From assembly GCA_043228905.1 (NCBI GenBank), contig JBHGNT010000016.1, positions 16,058,001-16,122,000 on the forward strand: a stretch of DNA of 64,000 nt. The letters run 5' to 3'. The notes under the pieces are model-generated. The model made no database searches. It had not been told where the DNA came from and was given only the letters and a program-made list of their open reading frames with translations. Made by a program: the position numbers and the translations under genes. This document shows positions 36,701-47,549 of this stretch, one piece after another; the stretch's first letter is position 1, and every line of letters begins with the position of its first letter. The stretch comes from Azolla caroliniana (lineage: Eukaryota > Plantae > Polypodiophyta).

Positions 36701-39620
36701 ACACATCGCCAAAGAAATGAAGCCGGAAGATAAAGCGGCGATGATCAAACTTCTCACGGAGTTTCGCGACGTATTCGCCTGGTCATACGAAGACATGCGA
36801 GGGCTGGACCCTCAATTATATCAGCATCAGATCCACTTAGGCAAGGACGCGAAACCAGTGGCGCAAAGACGTTACCGAATGAACCCCAACTACGCCGCCA
36901 AAGTGAAGGAGGAAATCGACAAACTCCTAAGAGTGGGCTTCATCCGGCCGGTAAAGAAAGCGACGTGGCTGAGCCCCATCGTCGTCGTCCCAAAGAAGAA
37001 CGGTAAAATCCGTGTGTGTGTAGATTACCGGAAACTAAATGCAGCCACAATTACGGATGCATTCCCTCTTCCGTTCACGGATGGAGTACTGGATGCCGTC
37101 GCCGGCCATGAAGTTTATAGCTTTCTAGACGGGTTCAGCGGATACAATCAAATCCGGATGCACCCTGACGACCAGGAGAAGACAGCGTTCGTCACCGAAT
37201 GGGGGGTGTTTGTGGCCGAAGTAATGATGTTCGGCCTAAAAACGGCACCAGCAACTTTCCAGCGAATCATCATGGAGATCTTCGGCGAATACATTCCTGC
37301 CTTCATGCAGGTTTTCCTGGATGATTTTGCAGTCTATAGCCGGGGAAAAGGCCATTTGCAGGACCTACGGTTATGCCTTGAAAAGTGTAGGTTATACCGG
37401 CTAAGCTTAAACCCAGCAAAGTGCATCTTTGGGGTTTCAAGTGGAATCTTACTGGGACACATTGTAAGTAAGGAGGGCATTGCGGTCGACCCGGACAAAG
37501 TAAACGCGATACTAGGGGCACCGGCGCCGAAAACGGCCAAAGCACTAAGCCGATTCTTAGGACAGATCCGGTGGCACAGCCGGATGCTCCGTCACTTGGT
37601 TGACTTGGCTACACCATTACACACCGCGGTACATCGGACACCGTTCCAATGGACGGATACAGAGGATACGGCATACAATGCCCTGAAGGTACTTTTGTCG
37701 CAAGCACCCGTCGTGCAGCCTCCGGATTGGAGCAAGGAATTTCATGTGTTCGTTGACGCTTCCGACATCGCTATCGGCAGCGCCTTAATGCAACTTACGG
37801 AGCCTAAATGGTACCGGCCGGTATATTACGCCAGTCGGAAGCTGTCCCAGGCAGAGAAGAACTATTCAACGACGGAACGGGAGGCCCTGGGCATGATCTA
37901 CAGTGTAACAAAGTTTCGTCATTACCTATTGGGAAGGAAGTTCTCCTTCCATGTGGATCACTCGGCGCTCCTGTACTTAGTGTCCAAGGCGTCCTTGACC
38001 GGTAAGTTGGCCCGTTGGACCTTGCTGTTGCAGGAGTTCGAATTCGAGATCTTTCACCGGCCCGGTATCCAGCATGCCGTAGCAGACTACCTGAGCCGGT
38101 TAGAGTCCGGAGAATCAGGCGACGGAGTATCGGATGAATTCCCGGACGCAGAGTTATTCCGTATCACCCCGGAAACGGCAGCGGACGACACGGTGGCATC
38201 AGAAGATAGGTGGCTGACAAACATGCACCAGTTCCTAAGCACGGGCCTGCCACCGAAGGAAATGAACCGGGACGAGAGGAAACGACTGGCGGTGCAGAGC
38301 CGCAATTTCTGTCTGTTACGGGACACTCTCTACCACAAAGGAGCAGATGGAATATGGAGACGGGCAGTCCGTAGTGACGAGAAAGAAGTAATCTTACGGG
38401 AAGCACACTGTGGGGTTGCCGGAGGACACTATGCCGGGGAAGCGACGGCAAGGAAAGTATGGCAGAGCGGCTTATGGTGGCCCACGACGTTAAAAGACGC
38501 TGTCAAGTATGCTAAGGAATGTGACCTATGCCAACGAATGGGCCAACCTACGGAGGAAGCACGGATGCCACACCAACCGGTACTTCCACTAGAGCCATTC
38601 CAGAAGTGGGGGTTGGATTTTGTCGGACCGTTCAAGCCACCGGCAATGAGAACGGGTAATCGTTATGTCATCGTGGCAACAGATTATTGCACTAAATGGG
38701 TGGAGGCTAAGGCCTTGAGAGACAATACCGCGTCATCCACAGCAAAATTCCTGTACGAGAACATTTGGTGCCGATATGGATGTCCGATTGAATTAATCAG
38801 CGACCAAGGAGGGCACTTCCTCGGCCAGGTAGTGGAAAGCTTAACAACGTTCTATGCCGTGGTCCATAAACGGAGCACACAGTACTACCCCCAAGCAAAC
38901 GGGTTAGCAGAGTCCACCAACAAAACGCTGCAGAACATTCTCCGCAAAATCGTCAATGACAACCGGACGGACTGGGATACAAAGCTCCATAGCGCGCTAT
39001 GGACGTACCGAACGGCATACAAAACAAGTATCCGGACAACGCCGTTCCGGTTAGCGTTCGGCTTAGAGGCGGTCATGCCGGTGGAGTTTCAGGTACCAAG
39101 CTTACGGATCCAACTACGGGAACGGCTGAATGAAAAGGAGTCGGAGGAAAGGCGGCTAGCAGCACTATGCGAACTGGAGGAGCAACGGCTGGCCAGCATC
39201 CTACACATGGAACTGGAGCAACGACGACGGAAAGCGTTCGTTGACCGTCACCGGAAAGGTAATGAAAAGATGTTCGAAATCGGAAAGCTGGTGCTAGTAT
39301 TCCAAACAAGGATGGGCAAGATGCTGGGTAAACTCCGGTTCAGATGGACAGGCCCGTATTGGCTGACACGGGAATACAACGGGTCTTATCAGTTAGGGAC
39401 ACTTGCCGGTGAAGTACTAGGCAAGTGGGTGAACGGATTTAGACTAAAGCCCTATAATGGACCGATGCCAAATAACCCGTTTATGCAGCCCACCGGCACT
39501 ATACCGGGAACGGTACGGATGGAAGAAAAAGACGACGGGGAACCAGTAGCAGAGGCGAAGGAAGACACGGCAACCCGTAAAGAAAACGGTAAGGGTCCGA
39601 AGGGACCTACGGATGTGTAA
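33774..39620 (+). pseudogene. Single gag-pol frame of element A (1948 codons) with two premature stops (35280, 36690)
   Basis: ORFs at 33774, 35631 and 36717 share a frame; three CCHC knuckles, IDGGSGVN protease, FLDDF RT, RNase H, HHCC/DDE integrase, GPY motif; neither stop is present in copy A2. Confidence 0.93.
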
Positions 39621-39637
39621 GATCACATACCGTCATT

Positions 39638-39673
39638 AAAAAAAAAAAAAGAAAAAAAAAAAGAAAAAAAAAA
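39638..39673 (+). promoter_or_regulatory. 36-nt pure-purine A-tract between pol and ORF2 (candidate central PPT)
   Basis: A/G only; tracts at the same position in A2 (23571-23630) and B (26612-26646, minus). Confidence 0.6.
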
Positions 39674-40000
39674 TCATTAAAAATCGAGGTATGAACGGGT
39701 GTGAAAGCAAGGAGCGAAAAGGTACGTAGTGGGCATTTAAGAGCCGCCACGTTACTTAATACTAAATCGGTACACGACGTGCGCATGCTCGAAAAAGGCG
39801 CCAAGACGCACAGAGAAAAAGAAAAGCGCATGGAGACCTTCTTTTTTCGCGAGCCAAGAAGCACAGAAGCACCAAGGCAGTGGAAGCTTAGCAAACGCGA
39901 ACCTGCACTCAGAGAACCCCCGCGCTCAGAACGCTCTCTCTCTCGCTCTCACTCTCATCACCACTCTACCTCGCCATCTTTCCTCGACCTCGAAGCAGAC

Positions 40001-42610
40001 ATGGAACCACAAACGCTGTCGGAAGCGGCCAGGAAATGGTTCAGGCAACACGGACTGGATGGGTTCTTGACCATCATGGAGGCACCACCGCACAAAGAAG
40101 CCGACCGGGTCATCAAGGAGCTCGACACGGAGGTCATCACCGAGGAAGCGATCCGTGCGCTAACAGGCCTTCCGGAGGGAGGTATCTTTCAGATCGATAA
40201 CCCAACCTCGAAGCAACTCATCCGATATTTCGGTGAGTACTCTGTTGCCGGCAAAGGCTATCGAACGCAGGGCGGCGAAGATCCGCTATTCAGGGAGATA
40301 GCTCGAGTGCTCCATGAGTACGGCCACGTGTACCCCCGACCCCCTGTCATGCCAAAAAATCGGGCAGGGATGATCATAGCCACCTATGAAGGGACCAAGG
40401 TGGATTGGCCGGTGTTGATTGCAGACGGTTTGTGCGCGGCAATCGACATGGTACGAGGAAAGGACGGCAAGGAGGGCCGGAAGCTGTGGCATGCCGTAGC
40501 TCAGTGGATAACATTGCTAGTGCCGCCGGTCGAGACCGTCCAGCCAAAGAAGCAGCCAAGATTATCGGAAGGAAGCACCTCGAAACCCGCGTCTAAACGA
40601 CAGCAGCTGCTGGCGTCGAAGGCGACGAAAGGGAAGAAACGGGTCCTAGAACCGGAGGAGGTGTCACCGGTCTGACCCGTTAAGATAACCATAAGGCGAC
40701 CGGGACAGAAGGAACCGGAACCCTTGACGGCACAGAAACATGCCGTTACCCAGGAAGAGGAAACGGAGGAGGCAGAAGAGCACCTCCAACGACGGTCAAG
40801 AAGTAGGACCGCCGGGACAGCGGGGGAGCGTTCGTACCCGCAAGAGGAAGAAACGCCCCCAACTCAACCTGAGCAAACCACAAGGGAGGAACCGGAACCG
40901 GTGCGTATGGAACCGGCCTTGTCGGCTTCTATAGAAGAAGTCATTCCAACGGCTCCGGAGACGGTGAGAACCGGAACTCAACAGCCGGCGAGCCCAGCCA
41001 GCACACACGGCGGCCAAGGAGTAGGACCAGTACAGCAGCAAGGCACTAGTAGCATGTGGCTACGGTGGGTAGGCGAGCAGATCGCCGGAGCGGTCGAGTA
41101 CATAGAGGCGGAGGAGAGAGCGCACAACGAACGGTTGCTCGTCACAACCGTAGATCTAGAGACGGCCCGGTCCAGAATCCGGAGCCTTGAACAAGACTTG
41201 GACAGGGTCACAAGGGAAATGGCTCAATTGGCTTTGACAACACAAGTCCAAGCACCGGTGACTCCGGGCAATGTACAGAATAAAGCGTCAGATCAACCTG
41301 TACATAGCAATCAGACCCCGGCAACGGAAACCGTTCCGGAGAGAAATGTGGCACAAGCCCAAGAGCTTGCGGACTTAAAGGATGAGCTAGCTGCCCAAGA
41401 AGCGCTGAGGAGCCGCGAAAGAGAGTTGAAGACGGCAGCGGAGGCAGAACTCAAAAAGACTGCTGAGAATCTACGCCGGGCTGAGGAGAGCTTACGGAAA
41501 GGCCACCAAGCGTACGACCGGCTCAAGGAGGAAAAGGAGAAAATGCTGCAAGAGAAGGACAGGCTCCGGAGGAACGCCGAAACAGAAGTAGAGCGCCTGA
41601 AAGAGGAACTCCGGCAGGTAAAGGACCGGGAGGACCGGAACCATCGCCAGATCAACGGCAAGCTCAAACAAAAAACGGAGGAATTTGAGCACTTGCACCG
41701 GGAGTATAAACGGTTGCAAACGGAGCACAAGGAACGGACAGATGAGCTCCGGCAAGCAGTTGATCGGACCGCAACGGCATACGCTAAGGAACAAGCGGAA
41801 ACCAGGAGACGGTTGGAAGAGGCGGAGAAGGTTCGGACAGAGCTCCTCAGGCAACAGCAGACGGAAAAAGAAAGAGCGGCGGAGGTACTGCAGAGGCTGC
41901 AGACAACATATCAAGGGCAGTTGACGCGCTACAGAGAGCAGGCGGAGGATACGGCTAATCTCATCAAGCAGTTGAAGGAGGAGCGACAAGTGGTGGAAAG
42001 CAGAGCGCAAATGGGAGCAAGTCGCATCCAGGATATCATGCGGGCCTGGTTGAACCAGACCAAGAGCTTGATTGACAACGGTTCCGTCAAATGGTGGACC
42101 AAGTGGGCCACGAACGCGGCGGAACTCCAATTGCTCCGGGCCGACGTTGAGAACCGGCGGAAGGAGGGAGATGATTGCTATATGCTAACTTCCGAAGACT
42201 TCACCGGCATAAGAGATGAACTGGCCGAAGACTTTCAAGCCTTGGCAGACGACCAACTAGGGCAAGTCCGGCAACTTGTAGCTCAGCTGGACGACGACAG
42301 GCTGGAGGCGCAGATCCAGTTTGAAAGCTACGAGAGGTCCTGGATCCGGGAAGAGAAAGAACGAGAACCGGTTACGGTCAACCTCAGTGATGAGGAACCG
42401 TTACTGGAAGGAGACCGGACCGGAAGCAGTCAAACGGAGCAGCCGGAGTCAGAGAAACAAACGGAGCAGCCGCCTATAGAGCAGCCGGAACAGCCTCAAT
42501 CCCAACCGCAACCACAGCAGCAGCAGCAAGCACAGCCGCAACAACCACAACAGGAAGAACAAGTGGAAATTCTGGAACAAAGTATTTTGGACAATTTGGG
42601 TGAACAATGA
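40001..42610 (+). CDS. Extra ORF2 of element A, ~869 aa: conserved N-terminal domain, long coiled coil, Q/P/E tail; one TGA at 40673
   Basis: ORFs ending 40675 and 40724-42610 are in frame across a single TGA (probable CGA); ATG 40001 matches the ATG at 23989 in A2; homologue in family B. Confidence 0.8.
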
Positions 42611-42643
42611 AGGGGCCGAGAAGGGTTCGATGTACAAGGTACT

Positions 42644-42660
42644 GTCCCACGGGCGTGCCA
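42644..42660 (-). promoter_or_regulatory. Second, inverted primer-binding site (tRNA-Arg(UCU)-like) where the PPT should be
   Basis: Minus strand reads LTR end GGTAACA + CA + TGGCACGCCCGTGGGAC; plus strand GTCCCACGGGCGTGCCA ends in CCA 2 nt before the 3' LTR. Confidence 0.75.
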
Positions 42661-42662
42661 TG

Positions 42663-43081
42663 TGTTACCGGCCGGCAAGGAGTCCAAAATACGGAGTGAA
42701 GGAATTAATTAAGAATGGTTGTAATTAAGCATAGTATGGACGGACGGACTGGAAACGGTATGCCGTTCCAGATCCGGACGGATCCCGAATAGGTGCGATA
42801 TGCACCGTTTTGTACTACGGGCCGGAAACCTATTTAAAGGCCCGGACCCCATTGTAATCGGAGCGGATAATTAATAGAGCATATGGTGTTTATACTTCTG
42901 TGTTGATTTCCGTTCTGTACTTACTTTTATATCTTACGCGTGTAATTAACAAAAGCGATCTAATCGTGTAACCTACGTAAGTCGGTGTAATCGTTGAGTC
43001 ATAATCCTATGCCGTAATCACCCTTTGGTGAAGTGTCTCCGTGACACCTTGTGTTAGACCCTGTCCGGTCAGCGAATAACA
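42663..43081 (+). repeat. 3' LTR of element A
   Basis: Direct repeat of 33302-33720, followed by TSD GCCAC. Confidence 0.96.
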
Positions 43082-43639
43082 GCCACTTCTTCCTTTGTCA
43101 CCGTAGCCCGTTCCGACCCGGGTTCGCCATCTTGGACCCGCTCGTCCATCATCTCATACCGGATACCCGCTCTGATAACTTTGTCCACTTCGGCCGCCGA
43201 CTCCTCGCCGCCACTCGCCGTCTCTCCGGTCTCACGTTGATCCGCAACCGCCAAAGTCTCAAGCATAGGTGTGGAGGGCTCCTCTTGCTCTCGGCCTCTC
43301 CCTCACCCGTACTCGTCATGCCCGGTTAGCCTCCTTCTCGCTCTCACCGGCTCCCACCGTAATCGTACCCGGTCGGCTACGAATCGATCAAACAATCCCG
43401 GTCTTGCCGGCTTCCTTCGGTTCGTGCCCGGTTGACCGGCCCCCGCTTCACTCTTTTTCCGCTCCGCCTCCCGGTCGGGTTGGATTACCGACCGGCTCAT
43501 CTTTCGGTCGGGTCGGTTCCCGACTCGATCCTCGATGCTGCTCCGGACCTCTCCTTCGGCCTTTTCGCACGTGCCCACTCCGGGCCTCTCATCCTCACGG
43601 CCACCACCCATCTCTACGGTCTTATGTCCGCGCTCGGGC

Positions 43640-44600
43640 GCAACCGCCGAAGTCTCCGGCCCCGGTGTCGAGGGATCTCGCCTCCGTCCGCTACAAACCT
43701 CCTCTTCGTCGTCTCGGTTGCCCACCTTGCCACCGCCACCGTCCGTCTCTCTAGGTCTCACACCGGCTCTCGGGCCGGTTGCCGGAGTCTCTAGGACCGG
43801 TTGTGGAAGGTCGTGGCACCTCCGCTCATCTCCTCTTCTTCCTCGATTTCGCAAGCCTCGAGTATGCTCGCGAAATCCTCGTAGAACGTTTCGGGCAACC
43901 GCATCCCGAAACTTTCGCCCTCTCTCGAAGTGGCGTCCATTGCTCCGTTGATATCGGCCTCATCCATGGCCGTCCTCTTTCCACAAGTCGAGAGGGTCGC
44001 TTGCTCCGCACCCTCTCCCACATTGTCGTCGTGGTCGCCCGCCTTGCCGCCGCCACCGTTTGCGTTTGTTACCCTAGGTCTCACGCGGGCACTCGGGCCG
44101 GCCGTCGGGGTCTCTTGAACCGGTGCGTGTAAGGTAGCAACGCCGCCGCTCATCGATGCTATGCCCGTAGCTACCTCCATTCGGACATCGTCGTCCGTGG
44201 TTACCCCACCTCCATATATGCAAGCATCAATTATGCTTGCCGCCCCCTCTTCCACGGTCTCCTTACTGTTGCCTTGCCGCTGCCACCGCCTGTCGCTCTA
44301 GGTCTCACGCCAGCAATCGGGCCGACCGCCGGTGCCTCTAGGGCCGGTGTGTGTAAGGTCGCGGCACCGCCGCTTATCTCCTCCTCCCTCGATGTTTCGG
44401 GCCACCATGTCCCGAATCCGTAGTTACCGGCCTCCATGGCCGTCCATTCGCCGCAAGACGAGAGGGTCGCTCTTTCCGCACCCTCTCCCATCGTGGTCGC
44501 CCGCCTTGCCGCCGCCACCGCCCGTCACTCTAGGTCTCACACCGGCTCTTGGGCCGGTTGCCGGAGTCTCTAGGCCCGGTGTGCGTAAGGTCCCGACACC
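43640..44600 (-). repeat. Degenerate GC-rich repeat array inside element C (4-5 units, spacing about 230-310 bp)
   Basis: CCTTGCC..CCACC...CTAGGTCTCAC.C.GC..TCGGGCCG recurs near 43725, 44040, 44270 and 44503. Confidence 0.8.
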
Positions 44601-45359
44601 ACTGCCCGTCTTCTCCCTGCTCGATGTTTCGGGCCTCCATGCCCGAACTCCCTCATGTTCGCTCGAACCGGCGATCGCCGCCTCACCGTCCCCGACCTTG
44701 TCCTCGCTCGATCTTTCTCCGCATGTCGAGAGGGTGGCTCGCTCCGCACCCTCTCCCGTGGTACCGATGTACCATTCTCTCTCGGCCTCCTCATCCTCCG
44801 ATCCGCTCCGGCCCGACTCCGCAATAAGCCCTTCTTCGACTTCGATTTGTGCATCTACGATCTCGTACGCTTCCCGCACCGAGGCTTCGATGTCGAGATC
44901 CTCCGAACTGATTTGCGTTGAGCTCTCTTCCGGCGGTAGTGCGTAGTCGGTCGCCACTCTCTCTTCTCCGCTGCTCGCGGGCCGCGTTGTGGCCGACCGC
45001 CTCTCATCGCATTGTATGCACGCCCATTCCACCTCGTTCCAATCTTCGGTGAGGCCGTACGCCCCTTCATCGTCTTCGAGGTAGGGAAAAATGGCCATTC
45101 TCCCCCTTTCATTGACCAACTTCAAGAATAATGGAACCTTGTCTGCCCCCACCGATTCTTGATCCCGGACCGAAAGTTGGGAAAACCGGAGATCGAACTC
45201 CCGGAATGCCTTCATTGCGCTTCGTGGAGCCTTTGCCGACAACACCCATAGATCGAACTCGCGTCGATCGTACTTGTACGCCTCTTCCCATCTTTCTCTC
45301 CTTCTTGCGAAATCCCTTGCCATTCTCGTAATTACTTCCACGATGTCTCCGGCTTTCAT
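44424..45359 (-). pseudogene. Truncated gag-like ORF of element C running into the repeat array
   Basis: Starts about 25 nt after the PBS; REFDLRFSQLS..DKVPLFLK..GLTEDWNEV looks gag-like; no knuckle or pol follows. Confidence 0.55.
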
Positions 45360-45382
45360 CTCCTTCCTCCCTTGTCACCCCT

Positions 45383-45399
45383 TCACGTCGGGTTCACCA
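45383..45399 (-). promoter_or_regulatory. Primer-binding site, tRNA-Trp
   Basis: Minus strand TGGTGAACCCGACGTGA, 4 nt inside the LTR. Confidence 0.88.
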
Positions 45400-46079
45400 A
45401 ATATGTCGTGTTGCTACGCGCGTGCATGGAGAAGGGCGGGACCACGGGGGTCTTGGACTAAGGAGTAGAGGAGAAGGAATCGGACATGGAATGGAAGCTT
45501 TGCTCAAGAAGAAGAAGAATGAACAAGAGATTAGATCGAACAAGAGGAAGATGGAGACAAGATGATCAACAAGATATATTAAAACGAAATGAACGATTAC
45601 AAACGGTGGCCGCATAGGCCGCACCAAACGACTACTCAAAACCCTAACGGACGAAGATGAAGAAAAGACAAAGAAACCCTAACCCTAACCCTAACGCTCG
45701 ACCTATGTGGTATACCTCGCACACTCAAAATAGGAAACCCTCACAATGGTGCCTTCCCTCTCCTTTTATAGCACAAGGAGGGAAGACCATTTACAAAAAT
45801 GAGACTAAAATATCCCCTTTCATTCAAAGGGGATATTTTCCTTGATTTGGGGGAGGCTGAGATTGATGGCCCCCTTAACTCCCACCTCCTCACAAACAAC
45901 TAGGTACCTATGTACCGCATAGTACCTCTCTCTCTCTCTCGCGTGGATGTGCGTACGACCACATCACCTTTATACCTTTATTACTATTACAAATACATTA
46001 TGTATGTGTGCAACGTTGCACATCGCTCTTTGGCTCTCGTTGCTCGGGTTTCTGCTCGTGGATGAAAATCTTCACGACA

Positions 46080-47290
46080 ACGCTTTTGTATGCCAAACAA
46101 TATTCATCTTCTCCAAAATGGGAACCTGAAGGTGGTTGCCAGTTCTTACTTGGTATGCCAAGTACAATAGTCCATGGAGCTAAACAAATGTCCATTGAGA
46201 AGAAAGGACAGTTGCATAGTGACTTGGTATCGGAAAGAAAACACTTCTAGCTCCAAGCCTTAACAGAAAAAAGAAAGAATATTGAGGCCGCAAAGAAATA
46301 TGCCGCACAACAAGACACATCATGGTGGGATGTATTTTTTAGTGATCAGAAAGGAATTATTGACAATTGTGTATCTGGTGATAATTGGACCTTGGAAACG
46401 CCATTCACATGGTCGCTACAACATGATCGTGTAAATAAAACTCCGGAGCAACCAGCAAATGCGATTAATGACAGTTTGGTCCATCCACAACAAAGAGACA
46501 TTTATGTGGGACCAAGGATGACCAAAGCAGCTGAAGCTAGATGGCAAGGCAATTTGCAAGAGCTCGCGGCAGGGATGTTGATTGCAACACCTGCTAATGA
46601 GACCTCATATGGCCACCAATTTTGGATTGGTAAAATTCTAGAAGTGCTAATGCATGAAATAGAAAACACGATCAAGTCTATCAAAGTGCATTGGTACAAC
46701 ACTAGAAGTGAAAATGCTTTTAAGAGTAAGTATACATTGGAGATAATTGAATGCCCAACAACAAGGGAAGGTAGGAAAAGGAAGCAAAACATCCGTAACA
46801 CCTTGACCCTTGATATCTCTTATATGGATATCATCATGTACAACTTCACGCTTACAAAAGCTGGACGTTTAAGGAAGTCAACAATAGATATAATAAAAGA
46901 AAATTTATCAGGTCTACAAGGTGGCTCGAGTCGAAGGCAAATAAGATCTGCTGCATATAATCTAGAGTCACACCATTTGGTTTATGATGAAGATAATGCA
47001 TAGATTGGTACATCCGAGGATGACAAGGAAGAATCCTCATTGTATATTAGTTATAGTAGTGATTCTCCGTAAAGGAGTGATCATGAATGCATTTTTGGCT
47101 ATTAAGTGTAACTACCTTCCACTTGTAACAAATTGAGTAATATAAAAGCATGTGTTTTGAATTCATTTGATTCCTATGAATATCGCTTCTTATAAAAAAC
47201 ATTGGTTGTCAAGTTTGTGAAATAAATTAAACCCTAAACGTTTTGAGATTCCACATTTTTTATTTATTTTAAAATCACGAAAATGGTGGA
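46080..47290 (+). pseudogene. 3' part of the Sola1/DUF7869-like transposase gene and element end
   Basis: Removing element C rejoins ...EISGST|LLYAKQYSSSPKWEP in frame; ORF 46392-47003 follows; right limit approximate. Confidence 0.6.
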
Positions 47291-47549
47291 TTTTAAACCT
47301 TTTTCATAGTATATTTAAGAATGTACTATACTGGTATCAATGTGTTTTGTAATATCACTGAAAAAGTACTAAAATCAAACGGAATATTCCTTATCTTTCC
47401 ATTTATGCGTGATCCTTCCACTTGTGAATGCGAACATGTTTGTTATCTGGTTGAGCCAATTTATCTTAGCTTCCGCACACTATCTTTTACAACATGTGTT
47501 CGGATCTATCATCCTCTCGCTTGTCTGGAGTGTTGTGACTGGACTGGTA

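Larger units (their letters stand above)
33302..43081 (+). mobile_element. Young full-length non-chromoviral Ty3/Gypsy retrotransposon (element A, Athila/Selgy-like) with an extra 3' ORF
   Basis: 419-bp LTRs 33302-33720 and 42663-43081 (3 transitions seen); 5-bp TSD GCCAC (33297-33301, 43082-43086); PR-RT-RH-INT order; no chromodomain or extra RNase H recognised. Confidence 0.97.
31416..46079 (-). mobile_element. Non-autonomous LTR retrotransposon (element C), tRNA-Trp primed, host of element A
   Basis: LTRs 31416-32093 and 45404-46079 (about 20 differences by eye); 4-bp TSD ACGC (31412-31415, 46080-46083); PBS, PPT; no pol motifs inside. Confidence 0.92.

Noticed and set aside
39701-42610. 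ORF2 as a retroviral envelope, or starting at 39701
   Set aside because: No signal peptide or TM segment; 39701 is a GTG and cross-family similarity begins at ATG 40001
42609-42625. GAAGGGGCCGAGAAGGG as the PPT of element A
   Set aside because: Interrupted and about 38 nt from the LTR edge fixed by the TSD, so it would not give the observed terminus; kept only as a weak alternative
42623-42660. tRNA gene before the 3' LTR of element A
   Set aside because: Only the 3' ~25 nt match, CCA is present, and there is no D or anticodon arm; fits a primer site, not a gene
43640-44600. CRISPR-like repeat-spacer array
   Set aside because: Units are long and degenerate, spacers resemble each other, no cas genes, eukaryotic LTR context
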